Positions 1-8,434 of a DNA stretch of 64,000 bases are shown here, in pieces; position 1 is the first letter of the stretch, and each line of letters opens with the position of its first letter. The DNA is taken from assembly GCA_964648975.1 (NCBI GenBank), contig CAZYLN010000001.1:54793-118792 (forward strand), read 5' to 3'. The translations under genes and the position numbers were made by a program. Below the pieces are notes generated by a model. The model was not told the DNA's origin, did no database searches, and saw nothing but the letters and a program-made list of their open reading frames with translations. The DNA is from an uncultured Gemmatimonas sp. GTDB lineage: Bacteria; Gemmatimonadota; Gemmatimonadetes; Longimicrobiales; Gaopeijiaceae.

Positions 1-263
1 TTCTCGGCGAGAAAGCCGTAGCCCGGATGGATGGCCTCGGCGCCGGTGACCTCGGCCGCGGCGATGATGCGAGGAATGTTGAGGTAGCTGTCTCGGGCGG
101 GCGCCGGTCCGATGCAGACGTCCTCGTCAGCGAAACGTACGTGCAGAGATTCGCGGTCCGCTTCCGAGTAGACGGCCACGACCCGGACCCCGAGCTCGTG
201 ACATGCGCGGATGATGCGGAGCGCTATCTCGCCGCGATTGGCGATCAGGACCTTAGTGAACAA
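1..263 (-). CDS. accC: acetyl-CoA carboxylase biotin carboxylase subunit, N-terminal 87 codons (gene runs off the left edge)
   Basis: Not in the supplied ORF track. Reverse-strand translation from TTG at 261-263, the first start after an in-frame TAG at 270-272, gives [87 protein letters not shown]. This is the canonical biotin carboxylase N-terminus, and it lies immediately downstream of accB. Confidence 0.9.
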   Translation of the reverse strand, partial: MFTKVLIANRGEIALRIIRACHELGVRVVAVYSEADRESLHVRFADEDVCIGPAPARDSYLNIPRIIAAAEVTGAEAIHPGYGFLAE

Positions 264-429
264 GGTGCGCTACCGGACGGGATGGGAGGGGGGCCCGGAC
301 GACCCCTGTCGTCTACGGACGCACTCACGTGGAGGCGGCGGGGCGGGGCCAAGGCGCGGCGAGCGGGCGCAGGGCGACGGGCCTGTTGCGGCGCGGCTCG
401 CCTGAACAACACGGGCTCATGCCGCGATT

Positions 430-894
430 TCAGCGCGCCGGGTCAATCTTGAAGAGGACTTGGCCATACTCGACCGGTTCGGCATTCTCGACCAAGATCT
501 CGACGACACGCCCCTCGGTCTCCGACTCGAGCTCGTTCATCAGTTTCATCGCTTCGATGATGCAGAGCGTGTCGCCCGGCGAGACGACGGAGTCGACCTC
601 CACGTACGGAGGAGCGTCCGGAGCAGCCGAGCGGTAGAACGTGCCCACCATGGGCGACTTGACGTCGACCAGGTCGCTGGGCGGCGGCAGGGCGGGCTCG
701 ACCTGCTGGGGCACCTCCACGGCTTCCGGCGGAGCGGCCTGGGGCATCACCGCCGGCGGCCCGGACATCCCGAGGAGCGACGGGGCGGACTTGGAGAGCC
801 GGATGCGCGTGCCGCCGCTCTCGACCTCGATCGTGTCGAGCGAGCTCTGGTCTAGCGAGCGGATCAGGCTCTGCAGGAACTCCAGATCGATCAT
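430..894 (-). CDS. accB: biotin carboxyl carrier protein of acetyl-CoA carboxylase
   Basis: Has a Pro/Ala linker followed by a biotinyl domain with the EAMKLMNE biotinylation motif. Its ATG overlaps the efp stop (ATGA at 891-894). Confidence 0.95.
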   Translation of the reverse strand: MIDLEFLQSLIRSLDQSSLDTIEVESGGTRIRLSKSAPSLLGMSGPPAVMPQAAPPEAVEVPQQVEPALPPPSDLVDVKSPMVGTFYRSAAPDAPPYVEVDSVVSPGDTLCIIEAMKLMNELESETEGRVVEILVENAEPVEYGQVLFKIDPAR

Positions 895-1457
895 CCGGCG
901 ATCCGTGTCAGGTACTTGTCCTCCCTGCGGTCGACCTTGAGGACATCACCCTCCTCGATGAACAGCGGCACCTGTACGATCGCGCCGGTCTCGAGCTTCG
1001 CTGGCTTCGTTCCACCCTGCGCCGTGTCGCCGCGCACGCCCGGGTCGGTCTGCACGACAGCGAGCTCGACAAAGAAAGGGAGTTCCACGGCGATTACGCG
1101 ATCCTCGTGAACGAGGCCCTCACACTCCATGTTCTCTTTCAGGTAGCGCAGCTGATCATCACCGATGACGTCCGCCGAAATCGGGATCATCTCGAACGTC
1201 TGCGCTTCCATAAAATAATAAAGCTGGCCATCGGTGTAGCTGTAGGTGACCGGACGCCGCTCGAGCCGGACATCCGTGACCTTCTCGCCCGCGCGAAACG
1301 TCCGCTCCACCACGGCGCCAGTGAGCACGTTCTTGAGCTTGCTCCGTACGAACGCGCCGCCCTTGCCCGGCTTCACGTGCTGGAAGTACGTGATCTGCCA
1401 GAGGACGCCGTCGATCTGCATCACCAAGCCGTTCCTGAAATCCGCGGTGCTCGCCAT
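891..1457 (-). CDS. efp: translation elongation factor P
   Basis: MASTADFRNGLVMQIDGVLWQITYFQHVKPGKGGAFVRSKLKNVLTG... is full-length EF-P (188 aa) starting at the ATG at 1455-1457. The 448-aa track ORF is an upstream read-through across aroQ in another frame. Confidence 0.95.
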   Translation of the reverse strand: MASTADFRNGLVMQIDGVLWQITYFQHVKPGKGGAFVRSKLKNVLTGAVVERTFRAGEKVTDVRLERRPVTYSYTDGQLYYFMEAQTFEMIPISADVIGDDQLRYLKENMECEGLVHEDRVIAVELPFFVELAVVQTDPGVRGDTAQGGTKPAKLETGAIVQVPLFIEEGDVLKVDRREDKYLTRIAG

Positions 1458-1479
1458 GGCGCAATCGCTCAGTGCCGTC

Positions 1480-1920
1480 TCAACCGTTCTTCTCGACCAG
1501 CACGACCAGGCCGCGGAGTCCGAGCAGGTAGCTCTGGGCTCCGAACCCGTAGACCACTCCGCCAGCCACGGAGGACAGATAGGAGCGACGACGGAAGCGC
1601 TCGCGCGCCGCCGTGTTGGACAGATGCACCTCGACGAACGGGAGACCGACGCCGACCAGGCAGTCGCGCAGCGCGATGCTGGTATGCGTGAGCGCTCCCC
1701 CGTTGACGACGAAGCCGTCGACCCTGGAGGACGCGCTCTCGATGAAGTCGATGAGCGCGCCCTCCGAGTTCGACTGGAACGACTCGACGTCGACCGACAG
1801 CTCGCGCCCGAGCTCGTGCAGCCCGTGCTCGATCTCCTCGAGCGTGGTGTGGCCGTACACCTCCGGCTCGCGGCGCCCCAGCAGACGGAGGTTGGGACCG
1901 TGGACGACGGCGACGCGCAT
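1480..1920 (-). CDS. aroQ: type II 3-dehydroquinate dehydratase
   Basis: Carries the type II DHQase signatures HGPNLRLLGRREPEVYG, QSNSEGALIDFI and GALTHTSIALRD....EVHLSN. Length is 146 aa. Confidence 0.95.
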   Translation of the reverse strand: MRVAVVHGPNLRLLGRREPEVYGHTTLEEIEHGLHELGRELSVDVESFQSNSEGALIDFIESASSRVDGFVVNGGALTHTSIALRDCLVGVGLPFVEVHLSNTAARERFRRRSYLSSVAGGVVYGFGAQSYLLGLRGLVVLVEKNG

Positions 1921-1932
1921 GCGGGTCCGGGC

Positions 1933-3165
1933 TCAGCGGAGGGCTGCACGCCCGTCGAGCGCCCGAGCGTCGGCAGCCCGCGATGGGTCGGGCGCGGACG
2001 CGGCGACGTCAGCGGCGTCGGGCGCGAGTGAGGCGATCGGAACGGGAGCCGGCGCGAACGCGCTCGCCAGAGCCGCCTGGACCGGCGCCTCGCCCGGCGC
2101 GGGTCCGGCGAACTCGGCGGTGGGTCCGTCGAACTCCCAGGCCAGGGGACCCTCAGAGGGCAACGGGGCGCTCTCCCCTGCCGAGGGCTCGGGGCCGGAC
2201 GCGCCGGCAGCCATCCCGCCCACCAACTCCAGCTCACTCACCCGCCCGCGCAGCGCCGCGTCGTCGGGATCGGGCGCGAGCGCGGCGATGCCGACCACCT
2301 GGGGGGCGGTCGAAGCGATCGGCACGGCTTCGGGCGCGAACGCGGGCCGCACAGCCGGGGCCGTCGGGCGCGAGACCCGCGCGGCCGCGGACCCCGAACC
2401 GGGCTGTGCCGCCTTGCTCTCGGTCGCGTCGAGCCCCTCCGGCTCCACCCGGGCCTCAGCCTCCGCCGGCGACTGGGGGCAGGACGCCCAGGAGAGCAGA
2501 CCGTGCAGGTACTCGCGCGCGCTCGGTCCCGCCGAGGGTTCGGGACCGCCGGCACTGGCCGGGGTCCGGGCGAGAGCGGCGAGTCGAGCACGCCGCTCGC
2601 CCGGACCCTCGGCTCCATCGCCGTCCGGCGCCTGCGCTTCCTCCGCGTCCGCCCCGGCAGCGGTGCCCTTGGCGCTCAGCGACTGAAGCTCGTTCATCCG
2701 CTCGCGCAGCGCGGCGTCAGCCGGTTCGCGCTCCAGCAGCCGCCGGTAGACCCCGAGCGCACGCTCGTAGAGGGCCTGGCTAGCGTACAACTCGGCCAGG
2801 GTCCGCGTCACCGGCCCCTTGTCCTCCGGGGTGACGGGCGTTTCGGATCGAGGCTCCCCGCCCAGCTCGGCCAGCCCGGCGCGCGCTTCCGTGTTCTTCG
2901 CGTCGAGCGCTAGGGCCGCCCGGAACGCCCGGACCGCGCCGGCGACGTCGCCCTGATCGCGGCGCACCCAACCCGACACGACGTGCGCGGGCACGAAATC
3001 GCTGTGGCTGGCGAGACCCTCGGTCAGGAGCTCGTCGGCCCGGTCAAGGTCGCCTGCCCGCCGGTAGGCGTCGGCCAGCGGCGCGAAAACGCATCCATCG
3101 GGGTCCCGCTCGGACCGGAAGAGCGAGCACAGCTCACGGATCTCGTCCTCGACGGACTGGGCCAA
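1933..3165 (-). CDS. TPR-repeat protein with a duplicated Ala/Pro-rich C-terminal module (function unknown)
   Basis: The N-terminal half has TPR-like helices (ADAYRRAGDLDRADELLTEGL, GDVAGAVRAFRAALALDAKNTEA, YERALGVYRRLLEREPADAAL). The C-terminal half is low-complexity with two related repeats. I place the start at TTG 3163-3165 (GGGAG 6 nt upstream), because the longer track ORF would run through the predicted promoter and overlap the PPIase gene. The start is uncertain. Confidence 0.6.
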   Translation of the reverse strand: MAQSVEDEIRELCSLFRSERDPDGCVFAPLADAYRRAGDLDRADELLTEGLASHSDFVPAHVVSGWVRRDQGDVAGAVRAFRAALALDAKNTEARAGLAELGGEPRSETPVTPEDKGPVTRTLAELYASQALYERALGVYRRLLEREPADAALRERMNELQSLSAKGTAAGADAEEAQAPDGDGAEGPGERRARLAALARTPASAGGPEPSAGPSAREYLHGLLSWASCPQSPAEAEARVEPEGLDATESKAAQPGSGSAAARVSRPTAPAVRPAFAPEAVPIASTAPQVVGIAALAPDPDDAALRGRVSELELVGGMAAGASGPEPSAGESAPLPSEGPLAWEFDGPTAEFAGPAPGEAPVQAALASAFAPAPVPIASLAPDAADVAASAPDPSRAADARALDGRAALR

Positions 3166-3227
3166 CGGCTGCTCCCGGAAAGGAGAAAAAACCTGCGGTC
3201 GGAAAACGCTCGGTGGGACGGTGGAGA

Positions 3228-3257
3228 AGTATAGGTGCCCGCTTGAAAATGTGTCAA
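3228..3257 (-). promoter_or_regulatory. candidate sigma70-type promoter for the TPR-aroQ-efp-accBC run
   Basis: The minus strand reads TTGACA-N18-TATACT (-35 at 3252-3257, -10 at 3228-3233). It sits in a locally AT-richer divergent spacer about 60 nt upstream of the proposed TTG start. Confidence 0.45.
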
Positions 3258-3432
3258 CGAGAAGCGGCGTGCGATCCGGTACCGCACGACCCGAAAAACG
3301 TCTGTTTTGGAGCGACGGCAGGGGTCGGTGGCCACCACCGGGAGCACCCGGCGCATTTGGTTGAGAGGCCGCCTGCGCCCGGTTAGTTTGTTCGTTTCGG
3401 ATCACAGCCGGCCGGGGACGAGGAGTCGTCGC

Positions 3433-5271
3433 ATGGTGATGCGTCAGATGCGGGAGCACACGAAGTGGATCATGCTGGCGACGGCCATCGCCTTCGGGCT
3501 CCTGATGGTCTTCGAATGGGGCATGGACCTCACGGGCATAACCTCGGGATCGCTGGGCGAGATCGGGCGCGTGAATCGCACGCCCGTCATGTACGAGGAT
3601 TACATGAACGCCTATCGGGTGCTGTTCGACCAGGTACAGGCGGAGCAGACGGAAGCCATCGGCACGCTGCAGAACCGGCAGATCGAAGACGCGGCGTGGG
3701 AGCAGATCGTGGACCGCGTCCTCATCCGGCAAGAGCTCGACCGCCGCGGGATCGGCGTCACCGAGGAGGAGATCCGACAGGCCGCACGCTTCGCGCCGCC
3801 GCCTGAGCTGCTGACGAGTCCCGGGTTCCTGACCGACGGTGAGTTCGACCTGGCGAAGTACCAGGACTACCTCGCGAGCGCGGCCGATCCCTTTCTCTTC
3901 GAACAGCTCGAGGCCTATTACCGAAGCGTGCTCCCGGAGGGCAAGCTGATGCGCCAGCTCGCTACCGGGCTGTACGTCACCGACGGAGAGCTCTGGACCC
4001 GGTACGCGGACGCCAACGAGAGCGTGCGCGTTCGCTACGTCCCTCTGGACCCCGCCGTGCGCGTCTCCGACGACTCCGTCTCAGTGACCGATCGCGAGGT
4101 GCGAACCTACTACAACGACCACGAGGACGACTTCGAGAGGCCCGCCCGGGCCCGGGTCCGCGTACTCGTGCTGCCCAAGGTCATCTCCGCTTCGGACAGT
4201 GCCGCCGTGCGCGACCGGGCGGAGGCGCTGCTGGCGGAGATCCGCGCCGGAAGCTCGTTCGACTCGGCAGGAACGCGCGCCGCGGCGGCGGAGCCGCCCG
4301 CCGTGTTCGAGGACCTCGGCACGTTCGGGCGCGGCGACATGGCGCCGCCCTTCGACACCGCGGCGTTCGAGGCCCCCGTCGGGCGTGCCATCGGGCCGGT
4401 CGAGACTTCCTTCGGCTACCACCTCGTCTTGGTCTCGGCGCGCACGGAGAGCAGCGCCACGGCGAAACACATCCTGTTTCCGATCACGCGCACCGAGGAG
4501 TCGGAGATCCAGCTGCTCGTGCTGGCGGACTCCATGGAGGCCCTGATCGAGGATTACTCCCTCGAGGAGGTGGCGCTCAGGATGAACCTGCTCGAGGTCC
4601 AGACCGTCGAAGTGAGCGAGGCCTTCCCGTTCGTGGCCGGGGCCGGACAGGTCAGCGAGGGCGCCGACTGGGCGATCCGCGAAGCCGTTGAGGGCGACGT
4701 GAGCGAAGTCTTCGAGAGCGACCAAGCGTACTACGCGGTGGAGCTGATCTCCAGTGAGCCGGGCGGTGTTCTGCCCGTCGAGGAGGCCGAGCCGACGATC
4801 CGCCAGGTGCTGCTCCAAGAGAAGAAGATTGCGCGCGGTGCGGCCGACGCCGAGGAGCTGGTCGATCGCGTGCGCGGCGGAGCGACGCTGTCGGCAGCCG
4901 CGACCGGGTTGGGGTTGGAGGTTCACGAGCCCGAGCCCTTCACGCGTCAGGACTTCGTCCCGGGCATGGGCCGCCTCAACCAGGCCATCGGCGCGGCGTT
5001 CGGGCTACCGACCGGCGCGGTCAGCGAGCCCGTGGCGACGCGCGAGAACGTGTTCGTGATCGAGAAGCTCGCCTACACGCCGGCCGATTCCGCAGCCTGG
5101 CTCGCGCAGCGCACGGCCCAGCGCGAACAGCTTACGCTCTTTCTCCAGCAGCAACGTCTGCAGGAGTGGATCGAAGGGCTGCGGGCGGCTGCGCGGATTG
5201 TCGACCGCCGGGAGGAAGTGCTCCAGCCGGCTGACTCCATCTCGCCGCTCACGCCGTACCTGCCGTTCTAG
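3433..5271 (+). CDS. PpiD/SurA-like periplasmic peptidyl-prolyl isomerase (parvulin domain), membrane-anchored chaperone
   Basis: ATG at 3433 with AGGAG 7 nt upstream. It has an N-terminal TM helix (WIMLATAIAFGLLMVFEW) and the parvulin core FGYHLVLVS. Length and architecture match PpiD. Confidence 0.85.
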   Translation: MVMRQMREHTKWIMLATAIAFGLLMVFEWGMDLTGITSGSLGEIGRVNRTPVMYEDYMNAYRVLFDQVQAEQTEAIGTLQNRQIEDAAWEQIVDRVLIRQELDRRGIGVTEEEIRQAARFAPPPELLTSPGFLTDGEFDLAKYQDYLASAADPFLFEQLEAYYRSVLPEGKLMRQLATGLYVTDGELWTRYADANESVRVRYVPLDPAVRVSDDSVSVTDREVRTYYNDHEDDFERPARARVRVLVLPKVISASDSAAVRDRAEALLAEIRAGSSFDSAGTRAAAAEPPAVFEDLGTFGRGDMAPPFDTAAFEAPVGRAIGPVETSFGYHLVLVSARTESSATAKHILFPITRTEESEIQLLVLADSMEALIEDYSLEEVALRMNLLEVQTVEVSEAFPFVAGAGQVSEGADWAIREAVEGDVSEVFESDQAYYAVELISSEPGGVLPVEEAEPTIRQVLLQEKKIARGAADAEELVDRVRGGATLSAAATGLGLEVHEPEPFTRQDFVPGMGRLNQAIGAAFGLPTGAVSEPVATRENVFVIEKLAYTPADSAAWLAQRTAQREQLTLFLQQQRLQEWIEGLRAAARIVDRREEVLQPADSISPLTPYLPF

Positions 5272-5276
5272 GCGAC

Positions 5277-5352
5277 GGTCGCGGCGGGGGCCGCCGCCGC
5301 GACCCGTTGGAATGCGGAAGCGGTCCGGACGCCGAGGCGCCGGACCGCTTCC
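5277..5352. terminator. two GC-rich hairpins between convergent PPIase and tatA genes (putative bidirectional terminator)
   Basis: Hairpin 1 is GGTCGCGGCGG/CCGCCGCGACC (5277-5304). Hairpin 2 is a perfect 13-bp stem GGAAGCGGTCCGG/CCGGACCGCTTCC (5316-5352). There is no clear U-tract. Confidence 0.5.
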
Positions 5353-5377
5353 CGAATTCCAGCCTTCCCGCAGCCGC

Positions 5378-5671
5378 TCAGCCGGTGGTGGACTTCGTCG
5401 GCTCGGCTTTGGTCTCCGCTGCGGGGGCCTGCTGGCTCGCGGCGTCCGTCAGACGCCTGGGCTCGGCCTCACGCGGAGGAGGCGTATACCGAGCCTGCCT
5501 GAGATCGTCGGCCTTGAGCTCCTTCTCGACCTCCCGCACCGAACTCTTGAACTCCTTGATCCCCTTCCCCAGCGACGATCCGATCTCCGGCAGACGTTTG
5601 GCGCCAAAAAGCAGCAGCACCACCAGGAAGATGAGGATCATCTCCCCCATGCCAAGGCCACCGAATGGCAT
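5378..5671 (-). CDS. tatA: twin-arginine translocase subunit TatA/E
   Basis: MPFGGLGMGEMILIFLVVLLLFGAKRLPEIGSSLGKGIKEFK is the canonical TatA TM helix, hinge and amphipathic helix. A GGGAGGA SD lies upstream. Confidence 0.93.
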   Translation of the reverse strand: MPFGGLGMGEMILIFLVVLLLFGAKRLPEIGSSLGKGIKEFKSSVREVEKELKADDLRQARYTPPPREAEPRRLTDAASQQAPAAETKAEPTKSTTG

Positions 5672-5726
5672 CTTCCGATCCTCCCGGGCGCCTCGCCGCG
5701 CCCCGCTTTCGTTCGCTACCCGCCGC

Positions 5727-6005
5727 CTAGATCCAGGAACGCACGACCAGCGCGACCAAGAAGACCCCGGCTGCGGTGAGAACGTTCAGGTTAACCGCCA
5801 GCGGACCGACGGTGAGCGCCAGCGCCAACAGGTCCAGCGAGAACGGGCCCACCGACAAGCTTACCGAAGTCGTGAGGAACGTCCTCGCCGCACTGTCCGG
5901 CAGGAACATCTCCGAGAGCCGGGTGAGAAGCCCGCCCAAGAAGAAGCCCAGTACCAAGGCCCACGCCAGCCGCACGCCACCACGCCGCAGGTTGTCAGTT
6001 AACAT
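5727..6005 (-). CDS. small integral membrane protein, DUF4321-like
   Basis: 92 aa with two or three hydrophobic helices. The pattern LGFFLGGLL...GPFSLDLLALALTVGPLAVNLNVLTAAG resembles DUF4321 from memory only. It has an ATG with a G-rich SD. Confidence 0.5.
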   Translation of the reverse strand: MLTDNLRRGGVRLAWALVLGFFLGGLLTRLSEMFLPDSAARTFLTTSVSLSVGPFSLDLLALALTVGPLAVNLNVLTAAGVFLVALVVRSWI

Positions 6006-6044
6006 ACCACCCCCGTGGCCTCTTCGTTCCGGGACCGCGTCCCC

Positions 6045-7082
6045 TCATCGGCTGCGCCCCACCGTGTAGACCACCGCATTCGACAGCGCCTCGACCGCCG
6101 CCAGCCCGGAACCGATGCCCGCGAGCTCGGTCTCGGCGCGCTCCGCGTACTCGCCGGCGCGATCCCGTGCGTAGTCCAACCCGCCCCGCTCCTCCACGAT
6201 CCCGACGATGCGCGAAATGTCCTCGTCGGACGGGTCCACCAAGGTGAAGAAGCGGCGGATCTCCCTGATCTCGGCGGCCCGGGCCCGTGTCAAGGCGCCC
6301 ACGAGCGGCAGTGTGACCTTGCGCTCGCGCAGGTCGTGCCCCGTGGGCTTTCCCGTGACCGCCTCGCTGCCCGTGTAATCCAACAGGTCGTCGACGATCT
6401 GGAAGGCCATCCCCAGGTGGTGTCCGAAGCGCGCGAGGTGCGCGCGCGCGCCCGACGCACCTGCGCGGGCACCCATCTCACAGGCGGCGGACATGAGCGA
6501 TGCCGTCTTGGCCGCGATCAAGCGCATGTAGGCTTCTTCGGAGAAATCGAGCGCGTCGTAGGACGCCAGCTGCCGCATCTCGCCCACGCTCATCTCGTTG
6601 GCGGCACGCGCGAGCACCCGCACGGCTTCGAGGTCGCCCAGGCCGGTGAGCTCCGTTACGGCCCGGCTGTACAAGTAGTCTCCCATTATGATCGCGATCT
6701 GGTGCGTCCAGAGCGCGTTCACCGTAGGCAGGCCCCGGCGGAGCACCGAGTGATCGACCGCGTCGTCGTGCACGAGCGTGGCGAGGTGAACCAGCTCGAC
6801 GACCGCACCCAAGGTCACCGAGCGAGCGGACACTTCCGCCGAGGAGAGTTCGGCACGGCCCACGTCGCTGGCGAGCAGCAACAGGGTCGGGCGGAACAGC
6901 TTGCCTCGCACCAGCAGCAGATAGTCGTTCACCTGTTCGATGGGCGAGAAATCGCTCACGACGATCCTCTCGATCTCGTCCACGACGTGATTCAATCGCT
7001 CCATGATGGGGGCCTGGATCGAAGCGAGGTCCGGCCCTGCCGGGAGAGTGAGTGGACCTGATCCGGAACGGTGCATGGACAT
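6045..7082 (-). CDS. long-chain polyprenyl diphosphate synthase (IspB-like)
   Basis: Carries the first Asp-rich motif LVHDDAVDHS and the second motif FQIVDDLLD, the trans-prenyltransferase signatures. Length is 345 aa. The product chain length cannot be read from the sequence. Confidence 0.85.
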   Translation of the reverse strand: MSMHRSGSGPLTLPAGPDLASIQAPIMERLNHVVDEIERIVVSDFSPIEQVNDYLLLVRGKLFRPTLLLLASDVGRAELSSAEVSARSVTLGAVVELVHLATLVHDDAVDHSVLRRGLPTVNALWTHQIAIIMGDYLYSRAVTELTGLGDLEAVRVLARAANEMSVGEMRQLASYDALDFSEEAYMRLIAAKTASLMSAACEMGARAGASGARAHLARFGHHLGMAFQIVDDLLDYTGSEAVTGKPTGHDLRERKVTLPLVGALTRARAAEIREIRRFFTLVDPSDEDISRIVGIVEERGGLDYARDRAGEYAERAETELAGIGSGLAAVEALSNAVVYTVGRSR

Positions 7083-7167
7083 TGCCAGCGTAGGCGTGGG
7101 GGACCGCGCTAAAGGAGAGCCCGGAGCCGGTCGCGCTCGGGCGCTGGTTCGCTCAGAGCTTCCAGGC

Positions 7168-8274
7168 TCACGGCTCTCGGTCTTGACTGGGCGGCCGGGT
7201 CAGTGATCCGGAAAGTTGAAGGGCGCTCTCGCGGACCCGCGTGGGCACTGCCTCGCCCTCGTCCCGAACGGCCCGGAGGACAGCGTCCGCGCGGAGGGCC
7301 ACACGCTCCGCGACATGCCGGGCCAGCCGCGGCGAGAGCAACCGCGCGGGGGGACCATCGAAGACACGCAATCTGTCGGCGGCCGCCGGAAGCACAAGGG
7401 CGTCCGGAATCATGCCGATCACCTCGGTCTCGGTGATCCGCCCGCCCAACGCCTCCAGCCGTCGCTCGACATAACGGTAGACATCGAAAGGCGACGTGCG
7501 ATCCATGTCCTCGAGATTCATTGACAGCTGCAGCCGCTCCTGGGACTCGAGCCGGAAGGCCAGCACCCTGAGCGCGGCGAACCCCCCAGCACGTCTTGAG
7601 GTCCCCCCGCCCGTCGCGGCGCCCTCGCCCACGCTCCCGCCGGGCGCGGGAGGCGGCGCCTCACGCAGCTCGCGAGCCAGCGCGCGCGCCGCCTCCAGAT
7701 CCACGCCCTCAAGATAGAGGTTCCAGGCCAGCAGCAGGCGCCGGGCACCCACACACGTCGCGCCGGCGCTGGGGTGCGCCGCGCTGCGGCCGGCCGACAG
7801 GTCCGGCTGGCGGCCCTCGGGGAACCCGGCCGCGAGCGCCTCGAATCCGCCTCTGCGCAACTCGGAGAGCCGGGCCGTTGGCCGCTTCGAGGCCTCGCCG
7901 TAGAAGTAGATCGGGATACCGAGCTGGTCGGCCAGTGTCCGACCGACGCGGTGCGCGCTCGCCGCCGCGTCGGCGAGTGTCAGCCCCTGGAGCGGCACGA
8001 AAGGGAGCACGTCGAGCGCGCCGACCCTCGGATGGATCCCGTGATGGACCCGCAGGTCGAAGTGTTCGCAGGCGAAGCGGGCGGCCTCAAGCGAGGTGGC
8101 CTCGACGCTGGCGGGGTCTCCTACGTAGGTGACGACGCTGCGGTTATGGTCCGGATCACAGGACCAGTCGAGCACCTCGACGCCCCCGTCCTCGATAACG
8201 CCCAGCAGTTCTCGGAGGCGACGCACGTCGCGCCCCTCGCTGAAGTTGGGCACGGCCTGCAACACAGGAAGCAT
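7168..8274 (-). CDS. glutamate formimidoyltransferase (formiminotransferase domain only)
   Basis: The N-terminus LQAVPNFSEGRD....L is the hallmark formiminotransferase start. There is no cyclodeaminase domain. It contains a Gly/Ala/Pro-rich insertion (APPPAPGGSVGEGAATGGGTSRRAGG). Confidence 0.75.
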   Translation of the reverse strand: MLPVLQAVPNFSEGRDVRRLRELLGVIEDGGVEVLDWSCDPDHNRSVVTYVGDPASVEATSLEAARFACEHFDLRVHHGIHPRVGALDVLPFVPLQGLTLADAAASAHRVGRTLADQLGIPIYFYGEASKRPTARLSELRRGGFEALAAGFPEGRQPDLSAGRSAAHPSAGATCVGARRLLLAWNLYLEGVDLEAARALARELREAPPPAPGGSVGEGAATGGGTSRRAGGFAALRVLAFRLESQERLQLSMNLEDMDRTSPFDVYRYVERRLEALGGRITETEVIGMIPDALVLPAAADRLRVFDGPPARLLSPRLARHVAERVALRADAVLRAVRDEGEAVPTRVRESALQLSGSLTRPPSQDREP

Positions 8275-8434
8275 GGAGCAAGGTACAGAAGAACCGGAGC
8301 CGAGGTACAGCGGGGCCGGCGGGCCGGCGGGCGCGACCGGAAACCGCTTCGCCGAGCCTGTCGCGCCGGCGCAGTCCCGTTGCCCGGCCGTCGACGCGCT
8401 GCGCCCTCGACGCGGACGCTCAGCGCAGGCCGGG

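Noticed and set aside
276-300. G-run cluster (GGGATGGGAGGGGGG) in the accB-accC spacer as a possible G-quadruplex
   Set aside because: There are only three separable G-tracts. The cluster lies on the non-transcribed strand of this operon, and such runs are expected by chance at this base composition.
891-2237. 448-aa track ORF extending efp upstream
   Set aside because: Only the last 188 aa are EF-P. The upstream part is Arg/Pro/Ser-rich and overlaps the clearly real aroQ gene in another frame.
1933-3732. 599-aa version of the TPR ORF
   Set aside because: The first roughly 190 aa are compositionally junk. They overlap the PPIase gene start on the other strand and run through a near-consensus promoter, so the start was moved to TTG 3165.
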